Source: Euryarchaeota archaeon UBA170 (lineage in GTDB: Archaea > Thermoplasmatota > Poseidoniia > Poseidoniales > Thalassarchaeaceae). Taken from it: a stretch of DNA of 64,000 bases. The translations under genes and the position numbers were made by a program. The DNA lies in contig DALF01000019.1 of the NCBI GenBank assembly GCA_002499345.1, positions 11,021-75,020 of the forward strand, read 5' to 3'. The notes under the pieces were generated by a model. The model did no database searches and had not been told where the DNA came from. It worked only from the letters and a program-made list of their open reading frames with translations. Below are positions 59,324-64,000 of the stretch, in pieces (position 1 is the stretch's first letter; each line of letters begins with the position of its first letter).

Positions 59324-61549
59324 TCAGACAGATTCTATTCCTGCAAGACTATCTGGTAATCTTCTAACAGATTGCAGACCACTGGTAAGTAGGTCTTCCA
59401 TCCTATTGTAATAGAGCATCATCTCATCAGTAACCGTGGGTCTGACCCTTTCAACTGCCTCCTCAAAGTGCTTTTTACTGACGGTTTTCCTATCCGCCCT
59501 CATAGCAATAAGTCCTGCTTCCCTGCAGACTGCTTCGATATCGGCACCTGTGTAATTCTCGAGCTTGGAGGCTATTTCATCAAGCGAGAATTTTCCTAAA
59601 GGCATTTTTTCTGTATGGATTTCTAAGATTGCCTTGAGTGCCTCAGGATCGGGAGGGGGTACATGCATAACTCTCTCAAACCTTCCACTTCTCAGAAGGG
59701 CTGGATCAATCATCTCCGGGCGGTTTGTTGCTGCAACAACAATCACTCCTTCCATCCCCTCAACGCCATCCATACTGCTTAGTAACTGATTAACTACTCT
59801 GTTGATAACATCAGAGCCCTCTCCTGAACTAGATCTTCTGATACCAGCTATACTCTCGAATTCATCTAGGAAGATAATCGACGGACTGGACTGTTTAGCT
59901 TTCTTGAAGACCTCCCTAACTGCCTTCTCTGATTCACCAACCCATTTGGAAATTAGCTCTGGACCCTTGATGGTGATGAAATTAGCTTTAGCCTCACTGG
60001 CTATTGCCTTTGCCAGTAGAGTCTTGCCGGTCCCAGGAGCGCCAAATAGTACTATTCCTCTTGGTGGGTTAATGCCGAAGTGTTCGAATAATTCGGGCTT
60101 GGTAAGTGGCCATTCGATACTTTCTTTTAGCCTATCTTTAATCTCTTGTAGACCTCCTACTTCATCCCAAGATACTTCTGGAACTTCCAAGTATATCTCC
60201 CTCAGTGCACTTGGCTCAACCTCCTTTATAGCCATCCTGAAATCTGCCATTATTACTGCCATCTTTTCCAAGACCTCAGGAGGTATTTGCTCTTCATCTA
60301 GGTCTATTTCCGGCAAATATCTTCTGAGAGCCTTCATTGCAGACTCCCTTACTAGAGCCGAAATATCAGCACCAACAAATCCGTTTGTGTTATCAAGTAG
60401 CCATTCTACGTCGAAATCGTCACTTATGGGCATCCCCCGAGTATGGATTCCAATTATCTCGGCCCTGCCATTCTTATCCGGAACCCCAATCTCTATCTCA
60501 CGGTCGAACCTCCCTGGCCTCCTCAAAGCTGGATCGATAGCGTCTTGTCTATTTGTGGCACCTATAACGACGACGTTGTCTCTTCCCTGCATCCCATCGA
60601 GTAGAGTTAGTAATTGAGCGACCACTCTTCTCTCCACTTCGCCACTGACATCTTCCCTCTTGGGGGCAATACTATCTAGCTCATCGATGAAGATAATAGC
60701 TGGAGTATTTGCTGCAGCCTCCTCGAATATTTCTCTGAGCTGCTTTTCACTTTCCCCGTAGTATTTTGATATAATTTCTGGACCATTGATGGAGGTAAAG
60801 TGCGCGTTTGTCTCAGATGCAACAGCCTTGGCGATGAGGGTTTTTCCAGTACCCGGTGGCCCGTGAAGTAACACTCCCCTTGGAGGGTCTATTCCCAATC
60901 TCCTGAAGAGAATGGGGTGTTTGAGAGGAAGTTCGATCATTTCTCTTACCTTCTGGAGCTGGTCGCCCAAGCCCCCAATATCCTCGTAAGAAATTGTCTG
61001 AACCTCTCCTTGCTCTTCCTCATCGACTGCATCTTCTTTGATTACTATATCAGTATCTGGTAAAACTTGAACGATGCCCTTTGGCTTGGTTGATACGATC
61101 GCAAATGGGAGCGCTTCCGCAAATAGAGTCATTCCTGGAATGAATATTCTGTCTCCAGCTACGACTGGTCTCTTGTTTAACCCCCTGCGCGCGAAACCCT
61201 CAATTCCTGGACCAAATCTTACCTTCTGCTGTTTCGCCATCACTGGACTCAAAACTAGTCTCTGACATGGCTGAGTCTCGACTTTCTTGATATCGACTCT
61301 GTCTCCAAGACTAACTCCGGCATTCTTACGGATTATTCCATCTACCCTTATGACGCCCAGATTAGCATCTTCTGGCCTACACCTCCAAACAATGGCTGCA
61401 GTTTTTCTCTCTCCGGAAACCTCGATAATATCTCCTGGTTTGAGATTCAAATCATTATCAAATGGAACTCTGGCTCTACCATGTCCGACGTCGCTGGGTA
61501 TGGCCTTGGCCACTCTAAGTGTGAGGGAATCAGAATTATCGTCGGTCAT
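59324..61549 (-). CDS. cdc48: Cdc48/VCP/VAT AAA+ ATPase (N-terminal double-psi barrel domain plus D1 and D2 AAA modules).
   Basis: Two Walker A boxes ([18 protein letters not shown]), two Walker B boxes ([16 protein letters not shown]), SRH regions; N-terminal Cdc48-N pattern; 741 aa. Confidence 0.95.
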   Translation of the reverse strand: MTDDNSDSLTLRVAKAIPSDVGHGRARVPFDNDLNLKPGDIIEVSGERKTAAIVWRCRPEDANLGVIRVDGIIRKNAGVSLGDRVDIKKVETQPCQRLVLSPVMAKQQKVRFGPGIEGFARRGLNKRPVVAGDRIFIPGMTLFAEALPFAIVSTKPKGIVQVLPDTDIVIKEDAVDEEEQGEVQTISYEDIGGLGDQLQKVREMIELPLKHPILFRRLGIDPPRGVLLHGPPGTGKTLIAKAVASETNAHFTSINGPEIISKYYGESEKQLREIFEEAAANTPAIIFIDELDSIAPKREDVSGEVERRVVAQLLTLLDGMQGRDNVVVIGATNRQDAIDPALRRPGRFDREIEIGVPDKNGRAEIIGIHTRGMPISDDFDVEWLLDNTNGFVGADISALVRESAMKALRRYLPEIDLDEEQIPPEVLEKMAVIMADFRMAIKEVEPSALREIYLEVPEVSWDEVGGLQEIKDRLKESIEWPLTKPELFEHFGINPPRGIVLFGAPGTGKTLLAKAIASEAKANFITIKGPELISKWVGESEKAVREVFKKAKQSSPSIIFLDEFESIAGIRRSSSGEGSDVINRVVNQLLSSMDGVEGMEGVIVVAATNRPEMIDPALLRSGRFERVMHVPPPDPEALKAILEIHTEKMPLGKFSLDEIASKLENYTGADIEAVCREAGLIAMRADRKTVSKKHFEEAVERVRPTVTDEMMLYYNRMEDLLTSGLQSVRRLPDSLAGIESV

Positions 61550-61690
61550 GTGCTTAGGCTCCTAACACACATCCCTAGTAGCCACATTAGTTAAACCCAC
61601 CAATCAAAGGATGTCAAAAATTGCGATTGGTTATCAGAACGATATATCTCGATGAGTAGCATTATGTCTGTTGGGTGATTCGGTACACTC

Positions 61691-63319
61691 ATGACTCATG
61701 TGCTGGAAACTGGCTTCGAGAAGATGAAATTAGAAAATCCAAATGGCAGTCCCGCCATAAGAGGATACAATATAATTGCAGGAAGGCTTAGCGATTCGGG
61801 CGATGGTAAGACATTTATCAGTCAAAATCCGGCTTGGCTAGAAGATACTCTTGGAGAGTTCCCTCTCTCTACTAAGGAGGATGTACATGAGGCCTTGAGG
61901 GCGGCCCGAAAGGCATTTCCATCTTGGGCATCTACTCCTGCTCCAACCAGGGGTCAAGTGATAGGTAATATGGGCAGACTATTGATGGAAAGGAAGGATG
62001 ATCTTGTCCGCTTGCAGGCACGTGAGATTGGTAAGACTATGAAGGAATGCGGTGGTGAAATTCAGGAAGCGATAGATACTTGTCTTTTCTTCCAGTCAGA
62101 GGGAAGAAGATTATACGGACAGACAGTGAATTCTGAGCTTCCTGACAAAGAGTTATTCACGTACAGGAGGCCACTTGGTGTCTGTGGCATTATCAATGCC
62201 TGTAACTTCCCCTCAGCAGTTCCTTTCTGGAAGATGATTCCAGCCATAATGTGCGGGAACACATGTGTCTGGAAGTCTCCTCAAGACTCTCCTCTTCTCT
62301 CCTTCGCTCTGGCTCGAATTATGCATGAAGCAGGACTTCCTGATGGTGTGATCAATCTCATCCACGGAAAGGGAAGTGGTGCTGGTCAGCATCTAGTAGA
62401 CGCGGCGGACTTGGGGATGGTAGACAAAATTTCGTTCACTGGAAGTACTCCAGTAGGAAAAATGATTGGCGAGACATGTGGAAGGAACCTCGTCAGTGCT
62501 TCATTAGAGCTGGGCGGGAAGAATCCTCTGGTGGTTATGCCATCAGCTAACATTGAAAATGCGGTTGAAGGAGCTTACTGGGCTGGTTTTGGTACTGCTG
62601 GGCAAAGATGTACTAGTCTTGGTAACCTGATTATTCACGAAGACGTGTATGATGAATTCATGTCCAAGTTTATGGAGAAGGTTTCAACAACTCAGATAGG
62701 GGATTCAATGCGTCATGAAGGGGTGCTTTACGGATCAATGCTCTCTGAGAAATATGGTGAAGACTTCCTCAAAGGACTGGAGATGTGTGAAAGCGATGGG
62801 GCAGACAAATTATGGGGTTCTGGAAAAATTACTGGCAATAACCTTCCTGATGGTTTCCATGGAGATGCTGATGAAGGCGTATACATGTGGCCACACGTCT
62901 ATGAGAATGTCACAGAAGATATGAAATGCTTCCATGAAGAAATTTTTGGACCCGTAGTAACGGTAGTAAAGGCCAAGGACTTTGATGATGCTTTGCGCTT
63001 GGCTAACGCTTCTCCATTCGGACTCTCAAGTGCTTGCTACACAAATGATAGGCTAGAGGCTTTCAGATTCAAGACTGGAATCAAAGCAGGAATGACTGGA
63101 ATAAATAACTCTACCACTGGTGCAGAGGCACATCTTCCTTTTGGAGGGGTCAAGGAAAGTGGCAATGGCAGTCGGGAGTCTGGGATTTGGGTAATCGAGT
63201 CATACTCATACTGGCATGCAGTTAATGACGAGCTCTCGGGCAAGCTACAGCTAGCACAGATGGATGTCGAAGAAATAGAGATGGAAGAGGCCGAGGCTGA
63301 CTACTCTGGACTAGCTTAG
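61691..63319 (+). CDS. Aldehyde dehydrogenase family protein.
   Basis: LELGGKNP (catalytic Glu), GTAGQRCTS (catalytic Cys), Rossmann GxGxxG region; 542 aa. Confidence 0.85.
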   Translation: MTHVLETGFEKMKLENPNGSPAIRGYNIIAGRLSDSGDGKTFISQNPAWLEDTLGEFPLSTKEDVHEALRAARKAFPSWASTPAPTRGQVIGNMGRLLMERKDDLVRLQAREIGKTMKECGGEIQEAIDTCLFFQSEGRRLYGQTVNSELPDKELFTYRRPLGVCGIINACNFPSAVPFWKMIPAIMCGNTCVWKSPQDSPLLSFALARIMHEAGLPDGVINLIHGKGSGAGQHLVDAADLGMVDKISFTGSTPVGKMIGETCGRNLVSASLELGGKNPLVVMPSANIENAVEGAYWAGFGTAGQRCTSLGNLIIHEDVYDEFMSKFMEKVSTTQIGDSMRHEGVLYGSMLSEKYGEDFLKGLEMCESDGADKLWGSGKITGNNLPDGFHGDADEGVYMWPHVYENVTEDMKCFHEEIFGPVVTVVKAKDFDDALRLANASPFGLSSACYTNDRLEAFRFKTGIKAGMTGINNSTTGAEAHLPFGGVKESGNGSRESGIWVIESYSYWHAVNDELSGKLQLAQMDVEEIEMEEAEADYSGLA

Positions 63320-63515
63320 AGAAAAATCTCCCCACATTCGGGACATGGGAGGCCAGGGAGCCACGCCCCGGGAAGATACCCACACTTGTAGCAAATCGAT
63401 GATTCCAGTCCGAATTCTTCCACACCTAATCTAGAACAGCTGGGCCTTTCAATGTTGAGTGAGTTTGAATTGGTCAGAAGCAATTGCTTAAGGGGCCGGT
63501 CCGTGCCCTAGGTAC

Positions 63516-63998
63516 AGGGTTATCATGGCTGAATGGGACCGGGACCATCTTAGTTCGCTAGGCATTAATGTCAAGCTTCCTCTTAAGAAGGGTTTTGGGA
63601 AAACGGATAGAATAGATTATTGGTGGACAGAGCCAATATGGATGGGAGTTGCACTTACTGTGGCTTTAGTCTACACAGCGCTCAGGGTCGTATTTTGGGA
63701 TGGTAGCATTCATTATGACGATCACAGAGTCACCTCGCCTATATTCTCCCCAGATATTTTGCACATGCTCCACGTTACAAATCATCCCGGCTGGATGAAT
63801 TCAGCGATGCTTATTCTCTGGATTCCATTTGGATTTAGAGGGACTTGCTATTACATGAGAAGAGTTTACCATCGGACTTTCTTCCAGAATCCTACTGGAT
63901 GTATGGTATCTAAGCCTGAAGTCAGCTATTCTATCGGATATAAGGGTGAGAAGGGACTGTTTATACTGAATAATATCCACAGGTACATGCTCTATCTA
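63516..63998 (+). CDS. Partial (3'-truncated by the window end) hypothetical membrane protein.
   Basis: ATG at 63516, open to the window end; hydrophobic helices (IWMGVALTVALVYTALRVVFW; MLILWIPFGF). Not in the ORF track because no stop codon falls in the window. Confidence 0.35.
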
Positions 63999-64000
63999 GC

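Noticed and set aside
59324-61549. Possibility that the AAA+ gene next to the DUF58 cluster is a MoxR ATPase.
   Set aside because: It has two full AAA modules plus a Cdc48 N-domain (741 aa), so it is Cdc48/VAT, not the single-module ~300-aa MoxR.
63222-63425. 67-aa minus-strand ORF overlapping the 3' end of the ALDH gene.
   Set aside because: It overlaps a confident CDS for ~100 nt and has no motif. The alternative zinc-ribbon frame in the same region is reported separately as a low-interest finding.
1-64000. Searched for CRISPR arrays, integrases or transposases, rRNA and prophage signatures, especially next to the two tRNA-Gly genes.
   Set aside because: No regularly spaced direct repeats and no recombinase-like or transposase-like ORFs. 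The only notable tandem repeat is the in-frame 24-bp x3 proline-rich repeat at 23903..23974.

Overview
This 64 kb window reads as an archaeal chromosome segment that is very gene-dense, with adjacent genes a few bp apart or overlapping. The archaeal assignment rests on a cluster of typical archaeal genes: Orc1/Cdc6, a group II chaperonin (thermosome), Cdc48/VAT, a KEOPS Bud32 kinase, archaeal-type CoA genes and MoaC/MoaE. Several bacterial-type genes sit among them (ABC-F ATPase, DnaK, eukaryotic-type class I aldolase, PaaA-like oxygenase), as expected for a streamlined marine heterotrophic archaeon such as Marine Group II/Thermoplasmatota. The lineage call is an inference, not a search result. 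The window contains orc1/cdc6 with an AT-rich putative origin upstream; housekeeping genes (thrS, pyrG, dnaK with hsp20, thermosome, cdc48, DEAD-box helicase); cofactor genes (moaC, moaE, nadA, a fused PPAT/dephospho-CoA kinase, Mrp/ApbC); two acyl-CoA catabolic clusters, one centred on a PaaA-like di-iron oxygenase; a peptide/amino-acid catabolism module (agmatinase-family enzyme, M14 carboxypeptidase, M17 aminopeptidase); several large secreted or membrane proteins; and two tRNA-Gly genes (CCC on the minus strand, GCC on the plus strand). I found no CRISPR array, integrase, transposase or rRNA. The candidates for new biology, in order of interest: (1) an 871-aa winged-helix protein with two divergent, tandem, paralogous small winged-helix genes, next to a 360-bp GC-rich non-coding island and near the origin; (2) a minimal PaaA-like epoxidase operon with no PaaBCDE partners; (3) a co-oriented Cdc48 - PRC-barrel - DUF4350-like - DUF58 - polytopic membrane cluster in which Cdc48 sits where MoxR normally does; (4) an ABC-F translation factor in an archaeon.
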